Shown: positions 1 to 11,477 of the stretch, one piece after another | How the letters are laid out: the number at the start of each line of letters is the position of its first letter | Position numbering within the stretch: the stretch's first letter is position 1 | NCBI GenBank assembly: GCA_964036045.1 | Contig: OZ038378.1 | Location: 156,984,001 to 157,048,000, forward strand | Length of the DNA stretch: 64,000 nt | Source of the DNA: Eutreptiella sp. 'Long Island Sound 2002' | Taxonomy: Eukaryota; Protista; Euglenida | Reading direction: 5' to 3' | Program-made: the position numbers and the translations under genes | Notes under the pieces: generated by a model | What the model saw: only the letters and a program-made list of their open reading frames with translations | What the model was told of the DNA's origin: nothing | Databases searched by the model: none

Positions 1-793
1 ACACGGAAGCTCTGGATGCACTTCTAGAGATGGGGGGGAATTAAAGCTGACAAAAGGGTGTAGCAACCAAATCTAGGCACATACCACGCAGTAAGTCCCA
101 GCCCGCTTCCCCTTCCCCTTTCCAAGGCGTCAGCCCCACGCCATTGCTTTGTGGCTGCTTGATACTGTACCGGGCCGGGGGGGGGGGGGGGGATTGAGGT
201 GGGTTTGCCTGGTTTTCAGCTGATTTTTGGGAAAGTGCACGTACCCCTGCAGCGGGTGGGGTGTCAGCTCTTTTTGGTGGGTGGGTGCGTTGCTGACCTT
301 GGTAGACCGCCAACGTTGTTCATGGGCCGAGTCACATTGTGACACATGGGGGGTGCTGCCACTTTGTGCAGACCTATTTTGCTTTACAATTTTGTCATGG
401 CCACAAAAGGACCGCAGCTCAAGGGCGGTCATTCTTTGCAGGTGTCTTTATGTCCATCGGCAATGTTGGCTCTGTGACCCCCCGCCCCCCTTGGGTAGAT
501 GGGTGGGTGGGCGAGCCAAAATGCCACAGAGGCCAATTCAACCCCCCCATCCCCCAGTATGACATACTCCCTGAACCCTTGACCTTGGGTAACCGACGGG
601 TTGGCCGACTGAGTGCCAGCTTCCAGCAAGCCTGAAGGGTAGACCGTGGTCATTTGCAGTGTACTGTTACATGCAGGCTAGAGGTTTTGGCCGACAAAAC
701 ACGGCCCATAACGGAGCAGCGAGTCATATCACTCCAATGTTCATACCGTGCAGAGCTGAGTTGCACACTCCTTGGGAGATTGAACTGCCTCCA

Positions 794-839
794 CATTGCT
801 GCATATGCATACCAGGACGTGCATGTGTGGAGCGCTTTG
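794..839 (+). repeat. ~46-bp direct repeat, second copy at 4440-4485 just outside the right arm of the 711-bp inverted repeat
   Basis: cattgctgcatatgcataccaggacgtgcatgtgt(g/a)gagcgctttg is present at both sites with one mismatch. Confidence 0.85.
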
Positions 840-1504
840 TTGACCTGCGTGCGGCCCCCAGTATGACCAAGCAATGGTCTGACTGAGTCAACCCTTGGTT
901 CCTTTTTCTTGTCCTGCCTCTGCAACCTGCCCCCGCCGCAACCCTCTTCCTGTCATTCAATACCTGGACACAGCCCTGGAACCTCTTCTCAAGCCCTGTA
1001 ATGGTGTGTCACATCCCACTTACCCTCAGCCAGTGTCAGCACACACCCCTGTACCTTGTCTGCACGTTCAAGGTTCTGTCGCCCTGCCCTGGCTCTGACC
1101 CCCCACAAGACCGATTTGAAAAGAGAAATGAAAACCCCAACTCAACCCGCGGGGACAGGCCTGAAACTTCATTTCTGCCCTCCCCTCTCCCCCATACCGC
1201 CCCTGAAGTTACCCCTGGCTCTTTCCCGCTGTTGCAGTGCCAGGCATGCAACCCATCCCCAAAAAAACGCCAATTGCTGTATCAACATGTATCCCGACCT
1301 TCAAAGGTGCGATTCATGTGTGCACCCCAAGAAAACAAGTGTGTTTCCCGTTCCAGCAGTGACACACTTGATGTAAACGTGGGCCAGCACCTGTCAGCGA
1401 ATAACCCACGCCTCTACCCCAGGGATGCATTGGAAGGGGGGGGAGGTACCCCCCCCCCCCGCCCCTCCAGGGCGTGCAGCCTATGCCCAGCCACTGTCTC
1501 CCTG

Positions 1505-2215
1505 ACAGCAAGTGCCGGCTTCAATGGCATTTGTAACCGACAGTAACCGCCCCCAATCGCTTTGGCGACCTCCTCCAACCGCTGCTGGGGCCGACTCTGA
1601 GGTCCCTTCCCTTCTGATGCATCCCTGCTCTACCCTCTGCAAAATTGTCCCAGTGATTTCAGAAGCGCCAGGAGAGGGCCAGCCACAATCCTGTCCCCCA
1701 CCAACACGCCCCGCCACGTCCCCTCTCACCCGCTTTCACCGCCAGAGGATCAGCCCTCGTTCCATCTGCTGGCCCCACCTCAGCACCAACCCCCTCCCAC
1801 ATCCCCCTCACCATTACTCAGTGCCAAAGGACAGCAATGGAACCTTCTCTCTCCCCCCGTCGTTCCCCCAACCCCCTGCCACATCCCACGTACCCTCCGG
1901 CAGCGCCCGGAGACACCTGGGGACATTGCCTGCCCCTTCAAGAACCGTCCCCCTGTCCCTGGCCCTGGCCCCGGCCCTGACCCCTCAGCCCGACCCCATG
2001 TAACCTCACGCACTGTAGCACTGGACAGCTATGAACCTTGATTCCGAGAGGTTATCTCGAGTACTGTGAAGTGAGCAGGCGACGCCAGCTCATCTTAGTC
2101 TGAACCCCCCCCCAAAATAATTTATTCTTAACCTCACCCACCGCCGGAGGACAGCCCTGGAAGCGCACTTCCCCCCTGTGCCCCCTCGCCTACCCCGGGA
2201 GCCGCTCAATCCTCC
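1505..2215 (+). repeat. Left arm of 711-bp inverted duplication
   Basis: Reverse complement of 4490-5200. The ORF track gives the same 163-aa translation on opposite strands (one G/R difference). I found only 2 nt mismatches by eye. Confidence 0.95.
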
Positions 2216-2522
2216 CCCGCTCCTGCAGTGTCAGCCCAGGCCCCCTGCCTGAGGGCAGCTCCGGGACTTTCCTGAGCCCCCCGCCCCCCCACCCCCCCAA
2301 CACAACCCACTGAGTACCTGCTGCCGTATCACCTCTCACTGTTTTTAGTGCTGGGGGGGGGGGCTGGATCATGTTTACCCCCCCTTCTTCTTTTCTGGCC
2401 TGCCTTTGCACCAGCTGAATGCCACATCCTGCTTACCCTCACTCTGCCCTAAGGGACAGCCGTGGGGCCCTTGATCTCATCACATGCCAACCCCCGTTTA
2501 CCCTCACTTGCTCCCCCCCTTT

Positions 2523-2900
2523 TGTCCAAGCAACGCCTGCATAGCTGGACTTTCCACTGTTTGATGGCCAAGCAACGCCTATGTCCAAGCAACACATGGC
2601 GTTGGTTCCGTCCATGTTTGCACCGTGGATTTTGGCGGTGCGCTTTTCAATCCGTTCTACCGTGTGCCATGTGCGCTTCCTGATGCCTTGGTTTTGAGAT
2701 GCACGAAGTTCATGTTTGGTGTCAAGGCAGCTCTGTTGGCCACGAGGGCATTTGCAGTGTGTTTTGCCTCTTGGTTTTCAGAATAGCACATCATGTCTAC
2801 ACGTGTGTCACGCAAGTTGCGCAGCGTAAGCAGCGCCCTTGTCCAAGCAACACGCGGCGTTGGTGCCGTCACTTTCTGGTCATTTACCGTTGCTTGGACA
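2523..2900. mobile_element. Candidate MITE (~380 bp) with 13-bp terminal inverted repeats
   Basis: tgtccaagcaacg (2523-2535) and cgttgcttggaca (2888-2900), with internal partial copies of the terminal motif. No TSD seen. Confidence 0.4.
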
Positions 2901-4489
2901 GGGGCGGGGGGGGGGGGGTAGCGCCACAGGACAGCCCTGGATTTGATTTTCTTTGGCACATCGCCACAGTTTAGCGTCCTGCTCACAATGAGGCGGATGT
3001 TGTGGTTGATGGAACGCGGACGTCATACGCGACATAGGGACCAAATGGGATGATAGAACGGACCCGGGGCCGCGCCAGTCTCTTCCTCGAGGTCTTGGCT
3101 CCAAGAGAGTTGCCTTGCCGACTGTGTGCGTTTGCCTCGTCCTTTGTCGCCGGAAAGGGGTTTCCCGGGGGGGGGGATGGAGGAGGGGCCCGTCAACAGG
3201 CGGTGGCGGGCGGAAGCATCTCTGGAATGAGGGGTTTGGAATAAAGGCCGAGCAAATCTGTCGGTTGGCACTTCCGGGCGCGCGAACCGAGTTCCCTGAA
3301 GAAAGCAAACCAGCCCTGCTTCTGCCCCTTGGCGTCCCTCCCGTACCGGCGCCAGCATGCGTCACATTCGGTTGTTCCCAACACGGTGAAGTTTGGAGGA
3401 TGCTCGCCACAAGTGACGTGGGAGATGCAGAGGCTGGGGGTTTTGGAGCACCACAGGGGCGGGGGGGGGGCGGGGGCAGTGAGGGTTGGGCATGCAAAAC
3501 GCCCCCCCCACTGTCAACGGCAACGAAACAGGCCGCCATGGTGCTGAGGCAGGCACCAGGCTCGTCCCACAATGTAGCCCCCCTCCCCCCCCTGTCCAGC
3601 TGCTCCTACCGGGAACCATCACTTGCTGGTTCCAAAAAAGCAGCGCTGCATGTGGTGGTTTTGCTGCTATGTTGTTGTTTTTTCTCTTTGTGCTTGTTGC
3701 TACGTTCAGATTTCTCAGCACCAGAACTGTCAGGAACTTTTCTCAGAGCTCAGGTACACATCCTTTTTGTGGACCCATTCCACTTCTCAGACCGCTGAAC
3801 ATGTTCCCTCAAGGCACTGTTGTGCGCTGTATTCGTTCAGAGATGATGATGCTGAGGATGATGGATCCAACATTGATGGGTTCACATCTGATGGCTCAGC
3901 GTCTGCACATTCCAGTGGCAGTTACAGTGTACATAGTATTTCAGGGGCAGCTGGTCGGCAGCGATGGGAAGGTGGTTATTGAGGACATTGTTCCGCCATT
4001 GATGATGGCACTGAAATGGACAGTGACAGTGAAGTAGTCTGGGCGCAGTCTGGGTGAGCATCACCCATGTCAGCGCATGTCAGCGTGCATCCCAGAAGTC
4101 ACCAGGAAATCACGACAAGCAACCAACCTGCTGTGAAATATGCACTGTGTGGGCCCATAAGACCTTTGTCTGCAGTGCTGTCCAGCCCCCCCCCCCCCCC
4201 CCCCGAAGGGGACCTCCTCCGAAGGTGTACCGTCACTCGGCGACAATCCTCCCGCCCCCCCCTGCTGGGGAGTGCCAGCACACGCAAGGTGACTCGGGTG
4301 AAAGACAGCATCATTAGGGTGCCTTTCTCTGTCTTTTAGCATATAAACACACTTGTGTTGACAAAACAAGGCCAACAGGTGCAGTGATTTGTATGGTAGC
4401 ACATCTGTATCATAACAATGATCGCATGGAACTGCCGGACATTGCTGCATATGCATACCAGGACGTGCATGTGTAGAGCGCTTTGAGAC

Positions 4490-5200
4490 GGAGGATTGAG
4501 CGGCTCCCGGGGTAGGCGAGGGGGCACAGGGGGGAAGTGCGCTTCCAGGGCTGTCCTCCGGCGGTGGGTGAGGTTAAGAATAAATTATTTTGGGGGGGGG
4601 TTCAGACTAAGATGAGCTGGCGTCGCCTGCTCACTTCACAGTACTCGAGATAACCTCTCGGAATCAAGGTTCAGAGCTGTCCAGTGCTACAGTGCGTGAG
4701 GTTACATGGGGTCGGGCTGAGGGGTCAGGGCCGGGGCCAGGGCCAGGGACAGGGGGACGGTTCTTGAAGGGGCAGGCAATGTCCCCAGGTGTCTCCGGGC
4801 GCTGCGGGAGGGTACGTGGGATGTGGCAGGGGGTTGGGGGAACGACGGGGGGAGAGAGAAGGTTCCATTGCTGTCCTTTGGCACTGAGTAATGGTGAGGG
4901 GGATGTGGGAGGGGGTTGGTGCTGAGGTGGGGCCAGCAGATGGAACGAGGGCTGATCCTCTGGCGGTGAAAGCGGGTGAGAGGGGACGTGGCGGGGCGTG
5001 TTGGTGGGGGACAGGATTGTGGCTGGCCCTCTCCTGGCGCTTCTGAAATCACTGGGACAATTTTGCAGAGGGTAGAGCAGGGATGCATCAGAAGGGAAGG
5101 GACCTCAGAGTCGGCCCCAGCAGCGGTTGGAGGAGGTCGCCAAAGCGATTGGGGGCGGTTACTGTCGGTTACAAATGCCATTGAAGCCGGCACTTGCTGT
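4490..5200 (-). repeat. Right arm of 711-bp inverted duplication, directly upstream of the LINE RT remnant
   Basis: See left arm. Both arms are 711 bp. Confidence 0.95.
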
Positions 5201-5369
5201 ACTTACTTGCGCCCTGCTGGGGGGAACCATCATTGTTAAGGGTGGGGAGGAGGGGATGGACGAGGGGCCGGAGGGTATATTGTAGACTCATATTGATGCT
5301 CAAAAATTTGTGGCACACAATGAATAGCCATCCAATTGGCTAAAACAGGAGAGAAGGCCAGGCTAATAT

Positions 5370-6120
5370 TTGTTTCTTTTTGGAAGTGGTTGCAGGGCAG
5401 AACAGGGTTGGCCCTGCGAGGGGGGCGGGGCGACTTCGTGGGTCCGCCCCAGGATACTCCGGCCAACAGCTGTCAAAGGTACTGGGCTCCGACACTCCAC
5501 GGGCACCCAAGGCGCCCCAAGGATGTTTTTGTCCACTTTGCACCCCAACACTATCCTTAACCCCAATCCTGACCCTAAGGGGGAGCATCAGGCACGGTGT
5601 GCGCGGGTCGGGGGTCGGGGGAGCCAAGAGCCAAGCTCCTGGCTCCTCCGCCCCTTTGAAAGCAACCCTCTCTCTCCCAAGCCCGAGTCTGCCCTATCCA
5701 AACTCCCCCACTTTGCCGGGGACCCCCCCGTGGGACCCGTGGAGGCCTCGACATTGCTTCGGGAAACGTACAAGGAACACCCACACATATCTGGTGAACC
5801 TCCAACTTGGACTGAGTTTGTTTCTTGCCTGACCACCCCGAAAGGGAAAGCGGCACGATTGGACCATGTACCACCGCCCCCTCTGGGTGGGCTCCCCGAA
5901 CATGCGCCATAGACACTATATCAACACATCTGTGCGATATGGACTACCGGGGTGCTGCCAGCGTCCTGGACCGACACCCGCATCACACTACTATACAAAA
6001 AGGGCAACCCCGGGGATGCCAGCAACCACAGACCCATAGCTGTCTCCTCCTGCATGTACTAGACACTCTGCAAGTTGATCCCCCTTCGCCTGAAAAAACC
6101 AACGATTGATGCATTGGGAA
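5370..6120 (+). mobile_element. Decayed non-LTR retrotransposon (LINE), reverse transcriptase N-terminal fragment
   Basis: A single frame reads ...KGKAARLDHVP...HAP*TLYQHICAIWTTGVLPASWTDTRITLLYKKGNPGDASNHRPIAVSSCMY*TLCKLI, the classic LINE RT motif (W...I.LL.KKG....NYRPI.L...YK). In-frame TAG stops at 5910 and 6060. Confidence 0.85.
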
Positions 6121-6815
6121 TGCCATGCACGCAGTGCGAAGTTTTGGATGTCGGCAAATACCCGAACCCTAGTTTTGGCCCCTTTTCACAAGTTTTTGGT
6201 TCCGTACCAGGGTTTTTTTGGCTTCCCACGCATTTAGGATGTGGCACCAAAACCGTGGCCGACTTCAAGGTGATTCTCGAACCGAGATGCTCAAGATCAT
6301 CGATTGGTCTGGCCACGTCCACAACTGCAGAGAAGTCAACGTGGTCATCGTCGCTCGAAGGCTCTCGATCGCCGATACTCAATGGTGGCGAGTCGCAACC
6401 AGGCCCGGACAGTTCTTCTTCGACGATGCTGTTGGTTATAACTACAACCAGAAGTATCGATGGACACCTGGCCAACCCTATGGTATTGACACCTTTCAGT
6501 CTTCCCCCTAGTAAACAGGTGACAGGTATTCTTGGGTGAGTATCCTAGCCTCTGCGTGCGCAATATGCACGCAGTGCGCACGCAGTGCAAACACTTAGCC
6601 TATGGGTCAAGCAGGCGTGTTCTCTGTGATGTACCCAAATAGTGCCAAAAACGCACTTGGATGGCCAAGTGGCCGGAAGTGGTTTTTTCAACACGCGCGG
6701 GCGGTGCGACGCGCAAAAAAAGTCTCCTCTTTCGCTGGGAGCGAATTTGGGTGGATTCGGATTGCTTAGAAATGGAGGAAAGCGTATGTCCGAAATCATG
6801 GGTCAAGCTGGGGTA

Positions 6816-6841
6816 TTTCTCAGTGTCTACTTTTTTTCCAG
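6816..6841 (+). other. Decayed spliced-leader (SL) relic ending in a candidate trans-splice acceptor AG
   Basis: tttctcagtgtctactttttttcc (6816-6839) matches 21/24 nt of the euglenid SL core TTTCTGAGTGTCTATTTTTTTTCG. It is followed by AG (6840-6841) and then ATG 31 nt later. Confidence 0.75.
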
Positions 6842-6872
6842 TTCATTCACCATTTCGTATTTGTCACGGCTG

Positions 6873-7586
6873 ATGTATGGCACTGTGGTGGAAGAGGATA
6901 TCTATCAGTGTGCCCCTGCGGAAGGAGAGCACGCCACTCTCATCCCCATGGACGAGTTAGAAGAGCCCACGGTGCAGAAGCAAGCGAAGAGCGCTGTGGG
7001 GCTTCTGGGGTTACTCAGTGTGGTTGTCTGCGCAACAATTCTTTGGACAGGAGATCAGTCCAACGCTGACACTGTAAATGCTCCTTCGACTTACAGCCTT
7101 GTCAGTGCAGTCCAATCCAAGCCTGTGAGCCAAAGCAGCACAATGGCACCCATCTCGCCCGAAGATGTTAAGATGGCCGCAAAACTAGCGAAGACAGCGC
7201 AGGAAGACGTGGCCTCTGCCGTTAAGTACGTTGAGGAGCTGAGAAACGCTGCCGCTGTTGCCATGGAGGAGGCAGCTCGGCTGAATCAAGAGCACACCTC
7301 GAAGAAGGGGCAGCAGATGACTGCAAATGCTGCCGCCGCCGGGGCCAAGGAGGCATACGACATTGCCGCCGCCGCTAAAGCTGTCGCCGAAAAGGAGGCA
7401 GTTGCCGCAGCAAAGGCCACGCAGGACGCCTGGTTGCTCTACCAGAAGGCTGCCAATGCCGCAGCACAGGCGGCTGCGGCCGCAAAGGCAGCCTCAGACG
7501 TGGTGGCAGCGTCTGCGGCCCAAGCGGTACAGAAGCAGGAGGCCGCCGGGAAGGCGGCGGCCGCCTTTGGGAAGCCCCTGGCGTAG
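6873..7586 (+). CDS. Intronless 237-aa protein: one hydrophobic segment, a Ser/Thr-rich linker, then an Ala/Lys/Glu-rich helical (coiled-coil-like) C-terminus; function unknown
   Basis: Start taken at ATG 6873 (MYGT...), downstream of the SL relic/acceptor, rather than at 6642. Hydrophobic stretch AVGLLGLLSVVVCATILW. GC-rich coding-like composition. TAG at 7584-7586. Confidence 0.8.
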   Translation: MYGTVVEEDIYQCAPAEGEHATLIPMDELEEPTVQKQAKSAVGLLGLLSVVVCATILWTGDQSNADTVNAPSTYSLVSAVQSKPVSQSSTMAPISPEDVKMAAKLAKTAQEDVASAVKYVEELRNAAAVAMEEAARLNQEHTSKKGQQMTANAAAAGAKEAYDIAAAAKAVAEKEAVAAAKATQDAWLLYQKAANAAAQAAAAAKAASDVVAASAAQAVQKQEAAGKAAAAFGKPLA

Positions 7587-10500
7587 CAATTAGCAGTGAC
7601 CCCGGCCGCCGCTTTGAAAAAGCAGATGCTGACTGTCTCAGGACACGGCAACAGGGCACAGGCGGGCGGTGGACGGAGGTCACGATTGGCCCCAAATCGC
7701 AACGATTGGCTGTGGGCATACGTATAACTGGAGCACGGGAGGGGGACGGAGGGGGCGAGGGGGGCGACGAGGGAGCGTGCCTGAATTCTCGACCTCCCCC
7801 CCGCCCGATGCCTCTGCAGTTTCTGTGCACAAGACTGAGTACATGTCTTCTGGGCTGCAGCTCTCACCGAACAATGGGAGCACTGTGCTCCCATTTACAC
7901 TTCCTAAACTCTGGGAAGGCACACCAGCACCACCCTTAAGTCTTTGTTCAGACTCTGGAGGGAGACCATTGGCCCGCTTTTCGTCCAAAACCCTGTACGG
8001 TGCGCGCGCGGTGCGCTGCGGCTGCCCCCTCATAGCTTGGGTATTTTCCCCCATGGGTGGCAAGGACGGTGGTGCTGTAGAAGCACGATCGACCCATAGG
8101 GGAAAGCTGGGGGGGAAGTCGGCAAAATACAAATGTGGTGCGTCATTGTTCCCCACCGAAGGTGGCCATCGTCTGACCCAAGAAGACCCTCCAGGACGGC
8201 CTTCTCAAAGTCTCCTTGTGCCCTCAAGTAGCGCCGCCTCTTCTACTGAGCAATGCAACTGCCGTCAAGTAGTCGTTGCTTTACTGTGGACAACCGGTCA
8301 GTTGCATCACCATTTCGAAGCGGTACTGGGTGTGCTTCACCCGTTTTGGGCGGAGATACGGGATGCTGCATCCCCTTCAACGCCAATTTCTTCATCCCAA
8401 CCCTAAACCGGTGGGGTTCCAGTTTGCCCTGCAGTGGTAGTGTAGGAGGTGATTATATATCTGGTTGGCAGGGATTCCCAAGGAGGTTGCACGGTAGCCA
8501 TGCCACCCCATCCATCTGCTGCGCTTTGTCTGTTCCTGCCTACCTCAAGTAGGTATCCGTGGTATGGTACAATCATGGGGGAGTCCCGCGCACGGTACGC
8601 GCACCGGGCAGCTATTTCCATGCGTATCCGTGCCGCGCAACGTCCCAACCAGACCCCTTCTGTATTTGTATGGCCCAATGTTTCATCAATGTTTCGTTGA
8701 TTTTTCATCTTCCATCCAGTGCCCTTGTCAGCTTTGTCCAGCTTTTTACATGTTGATGCGAATTTCCTGCAGGGTTCATTTTGGGCGTTTGCAGTTGGAG
8801 CATTACGCCAAAATCTTTGTTGCACGCGCGCCGTGCAGGAACTACCACTATAAATCCAGCTCAAGACAAGCCGCGGCGTTGCACTGAATTCCTGTTGTGC
8901 CTGACCTGCCACTGTCATGATATTCCGGCACTGCGCACCCTTGTTTTCTGAACAATGTGGCATTGCACCTTTGCACAAGCATTGCGTCCCTTCAGCAGCA
9001 GCAGCAGGGCGTTGGTAGAGCAGCGCTGTGGATTCCAGGACAACAGTTCGGAGCAATTTTCAATTTGCATGAGTCTGTTCATGGAGGGGTGCAAACAGGA
9101 TTCAGCACAATCAAAGCACCATGCTTCCTCAGCATCTGTGGTTGCGGCGAACAGGAGTGTGCAAGCAAGTGCAGTACAGCACCGGAGGTGCAATCGAAAC
9201 ACAAGCATGCGATTGCGTGTGACCTGCATTCAAAAACAGACAACGGCTGGACCTCAGAAATGCGAACCATGACAAATTAAAGGTTGCCACTAGTCTTTCT
9301 ATACTGAATTTTTGAATTGGCAGCGGTCTCACAGGACCGTGGTCAAGCACAAAACGATTTCGAGAGTGGTGGTCTGATTTTACTGTACTGGCCGTGGAGA
9401 TGTAGTTGGAAAAGCTCCCAATGGTATTGTCAGTACTACAGCAGACCGGAAAAGAGTGTGATTTTTTGCGCATCCATCGACCACCTCCAAGGCAACCCTC
9501 TGCCCCCCCCGCCCCAGATGTGCTGAAACGGCCCCTCTATGGCTCCAGACACGTGATTCTTGCTCACGTTACTCCAGCAAAGCAACCACAGAAGGTGAGC
9601 CAGTGTTCTGCCACTCCTGTTCTTGGGACGAAGTGTCGCTTTTTTTTTGTCGCTGTCCTGGAAATTGAATGGTCATTTTCTTGCCCCCTCGAATTAATTC
9701 CAGACAAGAATTGAGGCAATATTGTACGTTGCGGGAGCTTGCCCCTCTCGGAGAAAAGTATCCTGCCATCATGAGAAGAGGTCAACAGAACACTGAACTA
9801 CTGCTGGCGACTAGGATGAGGATTTGTCTGTGTTTTGGCTGTAGAGTTAGCGTAGGAGGCGCTAAGGGACGGCCTAGGGCCCTTGCAGCCAGCTCTGTCA
9901 GGACCCTGTCCTCCCGCGCCGGGACTAGTAACGCACCAGAGAATTTCTCTCGGAGCGGCGGCCGGGGAGGGCCTGCCAAGACAAGTGCAAGGTGCTGCAA
10001 GATGAACATTGGGGATATCACGACAAACACCCATACATCGACCTAGACACGAACCCCGCTTGCAACGAGAGGTGGAACCAAAGACAGCGCGACAACTACG
10101 TACACATGCACTGCCGAACACCTTGGAAAATTGGTCCCCATCGGCAGTCACGACTCCGTCACGGTGAACGGTCTGACGCTGGATGGCAAGATGAGTATGG
10201 GCCATGAAGAAAGCAACAGACATGACATGAGCATGTAGACACGACACACTCATACATACTGCGGGGGCAACAACAACACGTATCGGGGAAGGTATGCGCA
10301 GCCTTGTCTGCCACACCATGCCAATGCTCCAGGCGCCTGCTGTGGCTGGTCCAGGTGCCTGCTGTGGCTGGTCTAGGTGCCTATTCGGGCCGGTCCAGGA
10401 GCCTGCTTAGGGTGGGTCTACACCCTCCAACTACTCAACGCATGGCAATGTTTGCAGGGCCTACACCCTCCAAATATTCCACTTGTGGCCTTATACCCCC

Positions 10501-11477
10501 CGCGGAGGGCAATAGACCCCACGGTTTGCAGGTGCTGAGTCAGGACTGGACCTCAGTCCAGCAGTAAGCCCCAATAAGTGGAATAAGGCAAACGGGTCAC
10601 TGGTGACATTGACTGAGCATCTGGGTTGTCAAGGGCAGGACCAAGTAGCAAGCAGTGGTGCGTGTTGGAGGGTTCAAAGGAATATCTGTAAATTGTAAGA
10701 CACTTCACTATTTGCTAATAATATTTTGCCTTTGGGTGGGTTGTTGGGAGGCTGGGTGGGGGGGTGGGGGGGGTGGCCAACCCCCCCCCCCTCCTCGCAG
10801 GAGGGACCGTCAACACAACGGCAAGGTGGCTTCGATGTCGGTGAGCAGCTGACGAGCACCACTGACGAGTCTTGGTTCAATTTTCGGCTTCATGCCACCC
10901 CCCAGCCCCCTCCTCCTCCATGGGGGTAGGCCTGGGTTGGTGGGTCGGCCGAAAATCTGGGAAGGTGGGTCTCCCAGCTACCCCAACCCAACCCTCACAC
11001 CCATTGGTTCAAGCACATCCCTGGGTGGCGCATAGAGACTGACGCTGAGTGTGTCGCGTCCACGCTCAGAATCACCACCGCCCTCCCCTTCACCCTATTC
11101 GCGGTCCCCATCACCCAAGAGACCACGGACAACGCGGCCCCGCGCTCCGAGTCAAGGGACACCTCATCGCTGCCTCCAAGAGCGAAGCCACGGGCACCGT
11201 AACACTCGAAGCAAGCGGACTTTACAAGGCTGAGTGGTTTGTTCATAGGGACAGTGGAGTACCAAGTACCAAGTACCAAGCACGCAGTGCCCACGCAGTG
11301 CACACGCAGTGCGCACACAGTGCAACAATTTGGCCAGGGTATCCTCAGTAACTCTGTGAGCCGGAAGGGAGTAATAATGGTTCACCGGTGCCTGGGGATT
11401 CCCCAGGCGTCCCACCTCTGTCTCTATCGTAGTGCTCGCTTAGCATCTGTTGCCAGTGCCCACGGGCGGCCATCACA

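Noticed and set aside
6642-6872. Upstream 77 codons of the track ORF
   Set aside because: They run through the SL relic and acceptor and look non-coding; ATG 6873 fits better.
8400-9280. Cys/His-rich ORF fragments faintly recalling SWIM or CxC/KDZ transposase pieces
   Set aside because: No motif is complete enough on either strand to support a call without HMM searches.
9840-10300. Stop-riddled protein-like frame, possibly a LINE C-terminus
   Set aside because: No diagnostic motif.
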